Positions 42,029-52,450 of a DNA stretch of 59,143 bases are shown piece after piece. Location: positions 1 through 59,143 of the forward strand of contig CBDUQR010000015.1 in assembly GCA_965369655.1 (NCBI GenBank), read 5' to 3'. Under the pieces are notes generated by a model. It saw only the letters and a list, made by a program, of their open reading frames with translations. It did no database searches and was not told the DNA's origin. The stretch comes from an uncultured bacterium (GTDB lineage: Bacteria; Zixibacteria; MSB-5A5; JAABVY01; JAHJOQ01). Position 1 is the first letter of the stretch. Each line of letters starts with the position of its first letter. A program made the position numbers and the translations under genes.

Positions 42029-42325
42029 GTGAAAACATTCATGCTCATGACGAAACTTGCGCCGGAAGCGGCAGCAAACATCACTGATCGAGAGAAGATG
42101 GGTAAGACCTGGTTACAGCAGGTTAAAGAGAAATGCCCGGACGTGAAATTCATAGCGCATTACGGGCTGCTCGGTTCGTATGATTTCTGCTCGATCTACG
42201 AAGCGCCCGACGAGGAGACAGCAGCCAAAGTCTCGATGATCAGCATGGCGCACGGCGCATTCTCCGCCGAAAGCTGGATCGCGATCCCATACAAAAGGAT
42301 CGTGGAACTGGCAGAAGAAATCTGA
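42029..42325 (+). CDS. GYD-domain protein
   Basis: GGAGG RBS; Y.LLGSYDF..IYEAPDEETA. Confidence 0.85.
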   Translation: MKTFMLMTKLAPEAAANITDREKMGKTWLQQVKEKCPDVKFIAHYGLLGSYDFCSIYEAPDEETAAKVSMISMAHGAFSAESWIAIPYKRIVELAEEI

Positions 42326-42344
42326 TCTGTTGATCAAAGCTCTT

Positions 42345-42592
42345 GTAGCTCACGTCCGCTTGCTCTGTCCTGAGTCTGACGAAGGGGGACGTGAGAAATT
42401 CCGGGATGTCATGCTCCCCTTCGTCAAACTCAGGACAGGGCAAGTGAGCATGTCCTACTCATTACTTATTCTCCGTTGTGTCGGGTCTTGATCCCGCGTG
42501 AGCGGGATTGTGACCTGACACGCAGGCACATGCTAAGAAGCGCGGCAGGTCACACGAATCCGCTAACACGGATTCGCAAGACCCACCGCAAC
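42345..42592. repeat. two REP-doublet-like palindromic elements
   Basis: GTAGCTCACG...CGTGAG / GTCATGC...GCATGTCCTAC at 42345-42458 (homologue at 50355-50430), and GTCGGGTCTTG...CAAGACCCAC at 42475-42592. Confidence 0.65.
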
Positions 42593-42763
42593 ACTGTAAT
42601 TTTAGGCGGTTCCGGGCATTCGCGCGTTGTGTAATAATCGAAACCTACACCATCAGAACCCTTGACGATAGAATTGATGTCGATCCTGATGTAGTCAGTC
42701 GCCAGACAGATGCTGCAAAGCATCTGCGCAATCGCGATTATCAGTAGAATGTCAAATAGTCAA

Positions 42764-43594
42764 TCAATCCCGGACACAACGCACCGAAAACCCGTCCTGC
42801 TTATTGTAGTGTTGACGGTAGACCTTCGAATAGCTGTAACCCAGGAGTCGGGCCCACGCGCTGACACTACCGAGCTCCGTGGAACACCAGAAGTAGGCGG
42901 TGACACCCACATTGCCGAAGTTACCGCCGTTGCTGCGGTAACCGCCGGGCAGCGCGGTGAACCCACTTTCATTGGTAGCACCAGTGTTTGGGCTGTTCCA
43001 GTGCATTGTACCCATTTCTTTTAACTTGCCACCCTCATCAGTGCCGCGCTGGCCAGTAGCATCGGCCTCTGCCTGACTCATCCCCAGATACATCTCCAAT
43101 TGCTTCCATTCACTATCTGTCGGCACATGCCAGCCCTCAGGAGCTATACTGCGGCTGTCATCTACCGCATTCCAGTTGTATAACCTCCCATAGGTCTCAA
43201 CATTACCCGGATCATTATTATAGTCGCAGTATGCTCCCGTAGATAGCCAGTACCATGTACCGGCATCAGTCACGTTGGGTATCGGGTCGCCGTTACGGTA
43301 ATGGGTTATCTTCAGATTCTGAGCCATCCAGCACTGGCTACCAATCTCTACTGTGAAATATGTATTGCCATCGTAATCAGTCACTGTCGGTGGGCAGTCA
43401 GATTCGCAGCAGTTGGGGTCTGGAGCCGGGCCACCAGCGAAAATGTAGTTGATTAGAAAGACTACGTCGTCAATATCGATGCCACCGATGCCGTCGGCGT
43501 CGCCGCAGACATAGGGATCTGCGGTTGCAATCGCAGTCAGGGCAATAAAGGCGATTACAATCGTGAGCTTGAGCAAACTGCAGTTCTTACGCAT
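42764..43594 (-). CDS. secreted half-dockerin + FISUMP (Fib_succ_major, C-type-lectin fold) protein
   Basis: D.DGNTY.TV.IG.QCWMAQNL, YGRLYNW, PEGWHVPT..EW, GFSVRCVRD; N-terminal CGDADG..DIDDVV. Confidence 0.9.
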   Translation of the reverse strand: MRKNCSLLKLTIVIAFIALTAIATADPYVCGDADGIGGIDIDDVVFLINYIFAGGPAPDPNCCESDCPPTVTDYDGNTYFTVEIGSQCWMAQNLKITHYRNGDPIPNVTDAGTWYWLSTGAYCDYNNDPGNVETYGRLYNWNAVDDSRSIAPEGWHVPTDSEWKQLEMYLGMSQAEADATGQRGTDEGGKLKEMGTMHWNSPNTGATNESGFTALPGGYRSNGGNFGNVGVTAYFWCSTELGSVSAWARLLGYSYSKVYRQHYNKQDGFSVRCVRD

Positions 43595-43851
43595 GACTTT
43601 ATCCCTCCCGGAATAGGTTAAAGGAATCATAAATTTGAATTCGCTATTTTGCCTCAGAATCGGAAATGATGAATAAACTCAATTTATCGATTCTCGCCGA
43701 ATTGTCAACCTCGAAATCGACCAACCTACCCATTTTGTGGGTTGACTTTCAGTGGTCTTTTGGTAGATTTATTGAGTACTGGAAACATGCACTTTCGAAC
43801 CGGGTGACGCAACCTGCAATGAATCGGAACAATCTCATACAGGGAGGAATC

Positions 43852-44463
43852 ATGCATAGATACTTTCGCATTGTAGTTCTCATCGCTGCGATCTTTCTTC
43901 TGTCGGGCATCTCGCTCGCTGATGCAGGAAAGGGTGTTGAATGCGGTGACGTTGATGGCAGCGGCTTCATCGACATCGATGACGTTGTCTACCTGATCAA
44001 CTACATTTTCGGCGGGGGACCGCCTCCGTGCCCGGATGCATCTGGAAGTCTCGTCGGTCATGGTGGATGCAAGGAATACTGGAAAATGCCTGCAGACTCG
44101 ATTCCACTGAACGAAGATTGCATCCTGTACGAGTATGACGGATCGGGACAGATGTTCCTTCAACACATCAATACAGCACTTAACTGCTGTCCGATCATTT
44201 TGGCTGATATAACGATTGACGGATTCGATATCCTGATCGAGGAGATCGATTCCCTCTGGGAGGGCGTTGGCTGCCCATGCATGTGCTTATTCGATATACA
44301 GTACGAGTTTGTGAATCTCGATCCCGGCATCTATACGATTTCCGTCATCGAGCCATACAAGTGCATCGGCGAACCGGATCTTCAATTCACGGCTGACCTG
44401 TCATCGGCGACAGTCGACACCTTCTGTATCACCAGAGACTGTTATCCGTGGACGGAGATGTAG
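43852..44463 (+). CDS. secreted half-dockerin + Cys-rich domain protein
   Basis: GGAGG RBS; signal peptide; [30 protein letters not shown] and CPCMC motifs. Confidence 0.82.
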   Translation: MHRYFRIVVLIAAIFLLSGISLADAGKGVECGDVDGSGFIDIDDVVYLINYIFGGGPPPCPDASGSLVGHGGCKEYWKMPADSIPLNEDCILYEYDGSGQMFLQHINTALNCCPIILADITIDGFDILIEEIDSLWEGVGCPCMCLFDIQYEFVNLDPGIYTISVIEPYKCIGEPDLQFTADLSSATVDTFCITRDCYPWTEM

Positions 44464-44517
44464 CCAACCGCTGAGACGGTCACATCTCCGCTATCTGACA
44501 GAAGCATCCTTGCTACT

Positions 44518-44863
44518 GGGCGTGTTATTAAATGTTGCTGGCATGCGATACCGAAAATACACTGGATTTCGGCGTCATTACGAGCGACCGAAGGAGGCAA
44601 TCTCATGCATACCAGCCAGTTACCAGTCCTCGTCATTCCCGCGAAGGCGGGAATCCAGAACCAGATTCAGAGTGTGTAAATGTCCCGGACTTGAAAGACT
44701 TGACTGGACCCCTGCCTCCGCAGGGGTGACGGGTGCGATGTGCATGCAGGGATGACGAATGAGATCACCACGTCGCTGCCGCTCCTCTCCCTCGGGGATC
44801 GGGATCAGCGACCGAGTGATGACGACAACACGGACCCGCGCCCAAATAGTTTTCAACAAATCC
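44518..44863. mobile_element. MITE-like repeat (family A)
   Basis: GGGCGTGTT... and ...TTTTCAACAAATCC ends; homologous to 1-379 and 19957-20199. Confidence 0.72.
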
Positions 44864-45012
44864 TGCTGTCAGCGTGCAGAAAAAATCTTGCGCAAATTGC
44901 TCATGCGCTTATATTGAACTATTGTACTACACATTAGGGAACAAGAGACCATATCTGCCGATTAAAATATTATGGAATTTCATAATCCATGCACGAAGCA
45001 AGGAGAGCACCA

Positions 45013-47277
45013 ATGACGGGATCGCAGTCTTCGTCGATAAATCACACCGACATAAAAATTCGTCCGTGTAGCAACAACAGTATTGCTGTCTTCTCGCTGG
45101 CACTGGTAGCAATTCTCTTTTTCATAGCTCCGTTGGCTCATGGCCAGATAAACGAAGGGGGTATCCCTCCCGGTTTCTCCAAAATGAGCACGCAGACAAT
45201 CGACATCAGGAAGCTGCCCGAAATCGATGTCGCGGCACTTCTGGCGGAGGACGAGATCGAAGAGCAGGAGGGGCTACCGTTCAGATTCGGGTATCCGCAC
45301 GATGTCGAATACAATCTGCTGAATTCAGGGACATGGGAAACATTGCCGAACGGCGACCGTTTGTGGAGACTTAAGATTGACTGCCCGGGGGCATATTCGA
45401 CTAATTTGATTTTCGACAAGTATCGACTGCCGGTAGGCGCTAAGCTGTTCATCTACAACGAGGACGGAAGCTCCCTTCTCGGTGCATTCACCCACAGGAA
45501 TAACAAGCCGCACGAGAAGTTTGGCACCGCGCCGGTATCGGGTGAGTCGTGCGTGCTTGAGTATGTCGAGCCTGCGATGCCGGAATTCCCGGGCGAGCTC
45601 TCTATTTCGAGAGTGGTTCACGCATACAGGAATCTCTTCGGAAAGGATGCTCAGGGGTTTGGCAGTTCGGGATCATGCAACAACAATGTTAATTGCCCGG
45701 AGTGGCCCGACTGGCAGGACCAAAAACGCGGAGTCGCGATGATCCTGACGCAGGGAGGCTACCGCATATGCTCCGGCTCGTTGATAAACAATGCCGAGCA
45801 GGACTTGACGCCATACTTCCTGACCGCGAACCATTGTCTTGGCGGCGAAGAGACATGGGTATTCATGTTCAACTACGAAAGCCCGAACTGCAACAACATC
45901 GACGGCCCGACTAACCAAACCTTGTCCGGATCAACCCTTCTTGCAAATTATTCGACTTCGGATTTCGCATTGCTGCTTCTCGATGAGACCCCGCCGATGG
46001 AATATGAAGTTTACTTTTCAGGCTGGTCGCGCGAGAACGTTCCGGCGCCATGGGCAATCGGAATCCATCATCCCTCCGGTGACATCAAGAAAATCTCGTT
46101 AGACGAAGACCCGGTAACATCAACCAATTATCTCAGCACATCCGGCACCACACACTGGCGAGTTGGAAACTGGGAAGATGGCACAACTGAGGGCGGATCG
46201 TCCGGCTCTCCTCTTTTTGATAACAACCACAGAATTGTCGGCCAGCTTCATGGTGGCTACGCATCCTGCACGAGCATCACCGCCGACTGGTATGGCAAGT
46301 TCTCACGGTCCTGGTCCGGCAGCGGGACATCATCGACTCGCCTGAGTGACTGGCTCGATCCCGGTAGTTCAGGCGCAATGTATGTTGATGGTATCGACGA
46401 TAACGACGCAGACTCAGATGGTATCATAAACGCCGACGACAACTGTCCGACAGTACCGAACCCGGATCAACTCGACCAGGATGGCGACGGCGTCGGAGAC
46501 GTATGCGACAATTGCCCGACTGTCGAGAATCCGGACCAGGGAGATGCGGACGGCGACGGTGACGGCGATTACTGCGATTCAGATGCCGATGATGATGGAA
46601 TTCCCAACGAAAGCGACAACTGCTGGCTGATACAGAATGTGTTGCAGGATAATTCTGACGATGACGATCTTGGCGATGCATGCGACAACTGCCTCTACGT
46701 CGTCAACCCGGAACAATACGACGAAGATGGAGACAGCGTTGGCGATGCCTGCGACGGACTCCTGCACATTGAAAGCTATCAAGTCGAGATACCGCTCGCA
46801 TATCTGAACCAGGAGTACTCTTACCAGTTCTGGGCTGTCGGCGGCGAACCACCATACACGTGGGCTAAGCTCGTCGGTCAACCGCCGTACGGTACTACTT
46901 TCAACGGTGGGTCGGCAGGGACCATAACAGGCACGCCCTCCTGGATACCGGATGGAAAAGATATCGACACCACGTTCGTGACAATCGAAGTTACCGATTC
47001 ACAGACGCCAACGCCGGTGAAAGACACCATCTCAGTATTTATTTACGTACACAGAGAGGGATCGCAGAGCCTCTGTGGTGATGTGGACGCCAGCGAGAAT
47101 GTCGATATCGACGACGTCGTTTTTCTGATCAATTACATCTTCTCGGGAGGACCTGCACCCGACCCAATTGAGGTGGGTGATGTCAATTGTCTGGACGCCG
47201 TCGACATCGACGATGTTGTCTATCTGGTGGAGTACATCTTCGCTGGTGGTCCGGAACCATGCGCGGCATGTCCGTAA
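45013..47277 (+). CDS. secreted lysyl-endopeptidase-like (trypsin-fold) protease with TSP3 repeats, Ig domain and dockerin
   Basis: LTANHC, DFALL and GSSGSP triad; DNCP..NP.Q.D.D.DG.GD.C repeats; GG.PPYTW; C-terminal dockerin. Confidence 0.9.
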   Translation: MTGSQSSSINHTDIKIRPCSNNSIAVFSLALVAILFFIAPLAHGQINEGGIPPGFSKMSTQTIDIRKLPEIDVAALLAEDEIEEQEGLPFRFGYPHDVEYNLLNSGTWETLPNGDRLWRLKIDCPGAYSTNLIFDKYRLPVGAKLFIYNEDGSSLLGAFTHRNNKPHEKFGTAPVSGESCVLEYVEPAMPEFPGELSISRVVHAYRNLFGKDAQGFGSSGSCNNNVNCPEWPDWQDQKRGVAMILTQGGYRICSGSLINNAEQDLTPYFLTANHCLGGEETWVFMFNYESPNCNNIDGPTNQTLSGSTLLANYSTSDFALLLLDETPPMEYEVYFSGWSRENVPAPWAIGIHHPSGDIKKISLDEDPVTSTNYLSTSGTTHWRVGNWEDGTTEGGSSGSPLFDNNHRIVGQLHGGYASCTSITADWYGKFSRSWSGSGTSSTRLSDWLDPGSSGAMYVDGIDDNDADSDGIINADDNCPTVPNPDQLDQDGDGVGDVCDNCPTVENPDQGDADGDGDGDYCDSDADDDGIPNESDNCWLIQNVLQDNSDDDDLGDACDNCLYVVNPEQYDEDGDSVGDACDGLLHIESYQVEIPLAYLNQEYSYQFWAVGGEPPYTWAKLVGQPPYGTTFNGGSAGTITGTPSWIPDGKDIDTTFVTIEVTDSQTPTPVKDTISVFIYVHREGSQSLCGDVDASENVDIDDVVFLINYIFSGGPAPDPIEVGDVNCLDAVDIDDVVYLVEYIFAGGPEPCAACP

Positions 47278-47299
47278 GCTGACTGAGCAGCGGCTTGGA

Positions 47300-50074
47300 C
47301 TAATCGAGAATATATATCCGTGGGCGTACGACACCTGCGCGCAGTTGAGTATCCGCGTCCATCGCAATGAACTTGCCAGTGCTTTCTGACAGCAGACGCT
47401 GCACCCCGGCATCCGGCGACATCTCGCCGAACCCATCCATGACCACAATCGGAAACGGTATTTTCGTATCGATAAATGTCTGTAAATCCATCGTGGAAGT
47501 TATCAGTCCGGCCACAGGTTTTTCGAGGAGTCTCTTGAGATCGGCATGCCCAGTGCGTTGCCTGATCGCGATGTCATCGCCGCCGGGATTGTCGCATTCC
47601 GGCTTGCCCGCCGCCTCTCCGCCGCTACCCCACATGCCCTGAATCGTTGTTCCCTGGTTCACGATCACACAGCCCTTATCTGTTATTGATTCGACAACGC
47701 CCGGCATCCAGGCTTCAAGCTGGAGTTCCTCAAGGAGTGGTTCCACAACCACCACACCGTATTCGAGACTTATTTCTCTGATCTTGCCTCTTATCGGAGA
47801 TTCGCAGACTCTGTGCTGACCCGATCGTGTTCTGTGTTCGGCGATCCACTGTCCCTTTTCCACTTCCTGACCCACCTCACACCTGAGACAAGCTTTGACA
47901 CGCTCCGGTCGTATTTCGAACTCCTTCGCGACATTGAGAGACTGGAGTCCGGTGATCTGTTCCTGTCTCTCGCGAACCACGATTGCTCCGATAGGAAGAA
48001 TCTTCTCGAGCGTACCTGAAACCTCGGAGCGGACCACTTTGTGCTCTACCATACCCTTCTTTTCCGCGATGACTTCGCGTCGATCAATCTGATCCCCAAC
48101 CTTCTTGAGAAGATATTTCTCTGTCTCATCGGGTGGGATTTTCAATCTTCCCGCGATGTCGATGAAAAAGGGTCGAAGAAAAGTCCTGATACTCCTGGCA
48201 ATCACCATATCAGAAGCTACCGTATCTCCAGCTTTGACGTACACCTCACCCGATACAGCCAGTTCGCGAACGATCCTGATCCGACCACGCTCTATCCTGC
48301 TGTGCCGGGCAAAGATCGATTCCCGAGCAGGTGGTATATAATCAGACGGCAGATTGAATCCCTTCAGACTCTCAGCGTGTCGCCCGCGTGCGTCGACTAT
48401 CAATCCCGGTTGGCTGCCATCGACGCTGACATGCCGGGCACTGAGCTTCAGCTTGCGAGTTTTTATCGCAAAATCGGTCTTACTCTCGACCCCAATGCAC
48501 TTGAGTTCGCCATATGCAATTTTCTCTTCATGTGGGCCAGTATCAGTCTCCCACTTGATGTCGAGTACCTTTGTTCCCGGTTTGGTGCGTCCGATCGGCG
48601 CGACGACTTTTCCAAGTTGGACCAGTCCGATCTCGAAGAACAGCTTGAGGGCAAGATCGACGTTGGTCTCTGCGAGAACTCCGAGCTGTGGGAACATGAA
48701 CGCGCTATCGACAGCGATATCGACGATGTGTTCAGGTTCAAGTGCGTTGATCATAATCATCGCCGCTGTCTCGCGCGGCGAGTGAGACAGCTTGCCGCCA
48801 CTGCCTACAATCATGTCGTAGCCATCGAGCGACGGTCTGCCGGTTTTGCGTTTGTCCTTCCTGATAATGCGTTTCAACCTGCTCCAGCTCAGTTCCTCGT
48901 CGGTCAGGCTCAGTGAAACACCGCGCAGCACGCTCAGGTGTTCTACGACCGCTTGCCTGATCGCCAGAGAAGCGACCGCGCATTCGATCAGGGTATCTTC
49001 CAAATCACTCGGAAGGCTCGTCGGATTGATGAACTTGTTGCCGATCCGGTTGAAGAGTTCTGTCTCGCTGATATCGATGTCGAGCATTTCAGACACCGCT
49101 TCGATACCAGTCTCAGCGATTACATTCAGGATGCTGTAACTCATTCCGAGATTCGCGCTGACCGTCCTGAACACCTTGCCGTTCTCCGCAGTGTAAATGT
49201 CTGTCGTAGCGCCGCCAATATCGATCGCGAGGATTTTCTTGTCGATGTGCGTGGATACATGCTCGAGGATTTTCGACACCGCTGCCGGAGTCGGCAATAT
49301 CGGGGCGTCAATCAGTTCGGCGAACTTGTCGTATCCGGGCGCCCGCGACATGACATGCTCCATGAAGACATCGTGGATTTTGTTGCGGGCAGGTTCCAGA
49401 TTCTCAGCCGTCGCGGCTGGTCTGATATTCGGGACTTCGCAATAGAAAAATCGCTCCTGCAGGATTTCGCTGACATACGGCCTGGCATCGGCGTTTCCCG
49501 AATATATGACCGGCAGTTTCAGGTTATCGCTTAGTTTCGAACGCAGGCCGGACTGACTCAGAAGTTCAGCCAGAAAGACTGGTCCGAATACCGCACCTCC
49601 GTCGAATCCACCTGCAAGCAGTACCATGTCGGGTCTCAGTGTCTGAAGAATCTCGATTTTCCTGTACGGTGTCCTGCCGTCATCGAGTGCGATGATCTGA
49701 AGAATTATCGATCCGGCTCCGAGGGCAACCCGTTCGGCGCTCCGCGCAGTGACATCACGAACAAGACCCGACACGACAACAGCCAGGCCACCACCCGCGC
49801 TTGATGTAGCAAAACAGGGAACAGAGGGCACTCCATCCTCGATCAGTCGGTCTGACGTCAGTTCCTGCAGACCTGCCATTGCATTGGCAACACCGATCGT
49901 TACATCTTCGTATGGCTTTTCGACAGTCGTAGGGGCCTCGAAGCGATAGTACTCCCACTGCGAATCCTTCTTGAACAGGATCGCCTTCGTGGTAGTACTT
50001 CCGACATCGATGACGCAGAACTTTGACAGCTTGTCGGAACTGGATTCGGTTGAGTCGCGATTGTCCGCTCCCAT
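47300..50074 (-). CDS. glutamate-mutase-L (GlmL/MutL-like, ASKHA) ATPase fused to barrel-sandwich-hybrid repeats
   Basis: IDVGSTTTKA, TSSAGGGL, LAGGFDGG, IDIGGATTD, RTVSANLGMSYS; C-terminal V..GD.V repeats. Confidence 0.8.
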   Translation of the reverse strand: MGADNRDSTESSSDKLSKFCVIDVGSTTTKAILFKKDSQWEYYRFEAPTTVEKPYEDVTIGVANAMAGLQELTSDRLIEDGVPSVPCFATSSAGGGLAVVVSGLVRDVTARSAERVALGAGSIILQIIALDDGRTPYRKIEILQTLRPDMVLLAGGFDGGAVFGPVFLAELLSQSGLRSKLSDNLKLPVIYSGNADARPYVSEILQERFFYCEVPNIRPAATAENLEPARNKIHDVFMEHVMSRAPGYDKFAELIDAPILPTPAAVSKILEHVSTHIDKKILAIDIGGATTDIYTAENGKVFRTVSANLGMSYSILNVIAETGIEAVSEMLDIDISETELFNRIGNKFINPTSLPSDLEDTLIECAVASLAIRQAVVEHLSVLRGVSLSLTDEELSWSRLKRIIRKDKRKTGRPSLDGYDMIVGSGGKLSHSPRETAAMIMINALEPEHIVDIAVDSAFMFPQLGVLAETNVDLALKLFFEIGLVQLGKVVAPIGRTKPGTKVLDIKWETDTGPHEEKIAYGELKCIGVESKTDFAIKTRKLKLSARHVSVDGSQPGLIVDARGRHAESLKGFNLPSDYIPPARESIFARHSRIERGRIRIVRELAVSGEVYVKAGDTVASDMVIARSIRTFLRPFFIDIAGRLKIPPDETEKYLLKKVGDQIDRREVIAEKKGMVEHKVVRSEVSGTLEKILPIGAIVVRERQEQITGLQSLNVAKEFEIRPERVKACLRCEVGQEVEKGQWIAEHRTRSGQHRVCESPIRGKIREISLEYGVVVVEPLLEELQLEAWMPGVVESITDKGCVIVNQGTTIQGMWGSGGEAAGKPECDNPGGDDIAIRQRTGHADLKRLLEKPVAGLITSTMDLQTFIDTKIPFPIVVMDGFGEMSPDAGVQRLLSESTGKFIAMDADTQLRAGVVRPRIYILD

Positions 50075-50201
50075 AGTCTGAACATAAATAACCGGATCAG
50101 TTGCTCCAAGATAAATCGAGATGACTCGTAGAAAAAGCTCGCTATGCCGATTACGCGAACCTATCTATTAAGGCGAGGAAACCCGCGTGATGCCTGCACA
50201 A

Positions 50202-50515
50202 GGGCTTGTTGAAAAGGGTAACAAGCGTGGAATACCGGTAACCGTTGCACTCTGCCGTCTTTGCGAGCGACTGGAGGGAGCGTGGCAATCTCCTGAAGAT
50301 GGGCGTCGGTTGGATACTGAGCTTTGCGAAGGGCTTTCGCCGGTGTGACAGATAGTAGCTCACGCCCACTTGGGGCGTGAGAAGTAAGACACGTTATCAA
50401 AATGTCATGCCCCAAGCGAGCATGACCCACTCAACTGAGATCGCCACGTCGCTACCGCTCCTCGCGATGACGACAGCACAGGCCAGTGCTCGACATAGGG
50501 TTTTTCAACACACCC
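50202..50515. mobile_element. MITE-like repeat (family A) with nested REP-like units
   Basis: GGGCTTGTTGAAAAGG ... GGGTTTTTCAACACACCC. Confidence 0.72.
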
Positions 50516-50520
50516 GTAAT

Positions 50521-52161
50521 CTATAGCTTGACTAACTCCACTCTCCTGTTATTTGCTTTGCCCTCAGGCGAGCTATTCACATCGATTGGCTTCGTCTCAC
50601 CCCAGCCCTTTGCCTCGAGGCGATCAGCCGCGATACCATACTCACCGATCAGATATGTCCTGACCGATTCCGCCCGCTGCTGCGAAAGAGTCATGTTGTA
50701 GTCGTCTGCGCCATCGCTGTCGGTATGCCCTTCGACAGAGAGTCGCAGTTCAGGATTATCATTTAGAAGATTGCCGATATTCTTGAGCGTCTTGAATGAT
50801 TGACCTTTGATAGTAGATGATCCCGATTCGAACAGAATGCCGTGTGTCACGATCCTGCCGGTCTCATCGAGCTGCTCTCGCATGCTCTTGCCACCCTCGG
50901 CAAATCTGAATCCCCGAAATAGAGTTGGGTTCTCGATATTACGGTATGGGCGGTGATGCAGGCGGAAACCGACTGGATTGAAGCCATCTATTTTCGGAAC
51001 ATTGGCAACTCGCTCCTGATCAATAAAGCATTTCATCGAACGCTCGGTAGCCATGATACGCATGATGTGTACGCCTTTGGTTAAGGCAGTGACCAGTGGC
51101 TTGCTGGCCAAATGATCGCCCTTAATGGTAAGCCACGTGCTGGTTCGGCTGGAGATGCCGAATACACCGATGTCCTTCCCTTTGTCATTCACCCAGTGGA
51201 TTTGGAAGTAGTTCCCAGCGTAGTCACCATTGTTATAGAACTCCAACTCTACTGTATACTTTGGCGGAAGCGGTGCATCCGGCATCTTTGGACGAATGGA
51301 GCCATTATCGGTGGCCATGATCCAAAACTCATTGCCGAGCCGCACGACTTCGTATACACCCTTATCAAGATTCCAGCGATATGGAAATTCGCCTTCTTCC
51401 TCGCCAACCATGTCGTCGTAGAAAATGACCTTGTTACCCGGTACGAAATCATACTTGGTGTAGAGTTTCATATCCTCGGCTGCTGGCTGCCCGGACGCAG
51501 GTGAGGCATCAATGCTGCCTCCGGAGGATGCTTCAGGACTTGTAGATACTTCCTGTGCAGCAGTCTGTTCTTCGTCTGAGTATGCGAAGAAATCGCCCGG
51601 TATGTTCTTTGTTACTTCGCTGACTGTTTTCGACAGAAGCTCTTTAATCGCATCCTCCATCGGCTTGCCGGAGTACATAACAAGCTCACCTGCCATACCA
51701 ACATCAGAGGAGAAATAGGAATCGGCGGCATCAACCGACCAGTCAGTCGACTTGCCCTCGATCTTGAGTTTCTTGATCTTCTTGCCTGAATTCGCGTCGG
51801 TCAGAGTGATTTCCCATTTGACTTTGGCAATCTTGCTTTCGGCTCCAACAGCACCCAGGGCTTTCTTCTTAAGCGCTCCAAAAGCCCCACCCTGCTTGAC
51901 CTCCGGTTCGAACTCTTTGACCTTCGCTGACAGAGTTATATTTGCACCGGCGTCAGGAATCACGAACTTGCCGCTGCCATCGAGCGCATCCGCCAGCATG
52001 TCACCCATAGCATTAGCCTTGCCGCTACTGCAATCGCCGGTCTTACTCTCGACGCTGATCGAAACACGAGCCTTGTTACCCTGACCGAACGCGGACGCTG
52101 TCAGCACAAGGGCAACGATCAGAACGAATACCACAAACATGCGGATATGTGCGTAGTACAT
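50521..52161 (-). CDS. secreted OmpA-family protein with CsgG-like N-terminal domain
   Basis: GGAGG RBS; signal peptide; KYDFVPG.KVIFYDD; EGHTDSDG, LSQQRAESV, NRRVE. Confidence 0.82.
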   Translation of the reverse strand: MYYAHIRMFVVFVLIVALVLTASAFGQGNKARVSISVESKTGDCSSGKANAMGDMLADALDGSGKFVIPDAGANITLSAKVKEFEPEVKQGGAFGALKKKALGAVGAESKIAKVKWEITLTDANSGKKIKKLKIEGKSTDWSVDAADSYFSSDVGMAGELVMYSGKPMEDAIKELLSKTVSEVTKNIPGDFFAYSDEEQTAAQEVSTSPEASSGGSIDASPASGQPAAEDMKLYTKYDFVPGNKVIFYDDMVGEEEGEFPYRWNLDKGVYEVVRLGNEFWIMATDNGSIRPKMPDAPLPPKYTVELEFYNNGDYAGNYFQIHWVNDKGKDIGVFGISSRTSTWLTIKGDHLASKPLVTALTKGVHIMRIMATERSMKCFIDQERVANVPKIDGFNPVGFRLHHRPYRNIENPTLFRGFRFAEGGKSMREQLDETGRIVTHGILFESGSSTIKGQSFKTLKNIGNLLNDNPELRLSVEGHTDSDGADDYNMTLSQQRAESVRTYLIGEYGIAADRLEAKGWGETKPIDVNSSPEGKANNRRVELVKL

Positions 52162-52450
52162 CTTCTTCTCCTCCTTCAGCATATCGATTCCATGATCCAC
52201 CTGAGACATATCGATAACTTGTTGTGACTTATCAAAGAAGTTACTCCTGGGACAGGCGACTGTCAACCAGATTTCGTACATGGTCAAAGCGGCAAGAATT
52301 TCCCCGCTCTGAGAAAAATCGACTCCACAAAGCAACCATATGATATGTAATTGCGCGCCTTTCAACGACTTACAGTCTTGGCGACGGGCACGCTATTTGC
52401 CATTATTCCCAATGAGACAGTGACGTGTATCTGTTAACCGGGATGGTGAC

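Noticed and set aside
46411-46760. Asp-rich tandem DNA repeats
   Set aside because: Explained by thrombospondin type-3 Ca-binding repeats within the protease gene.
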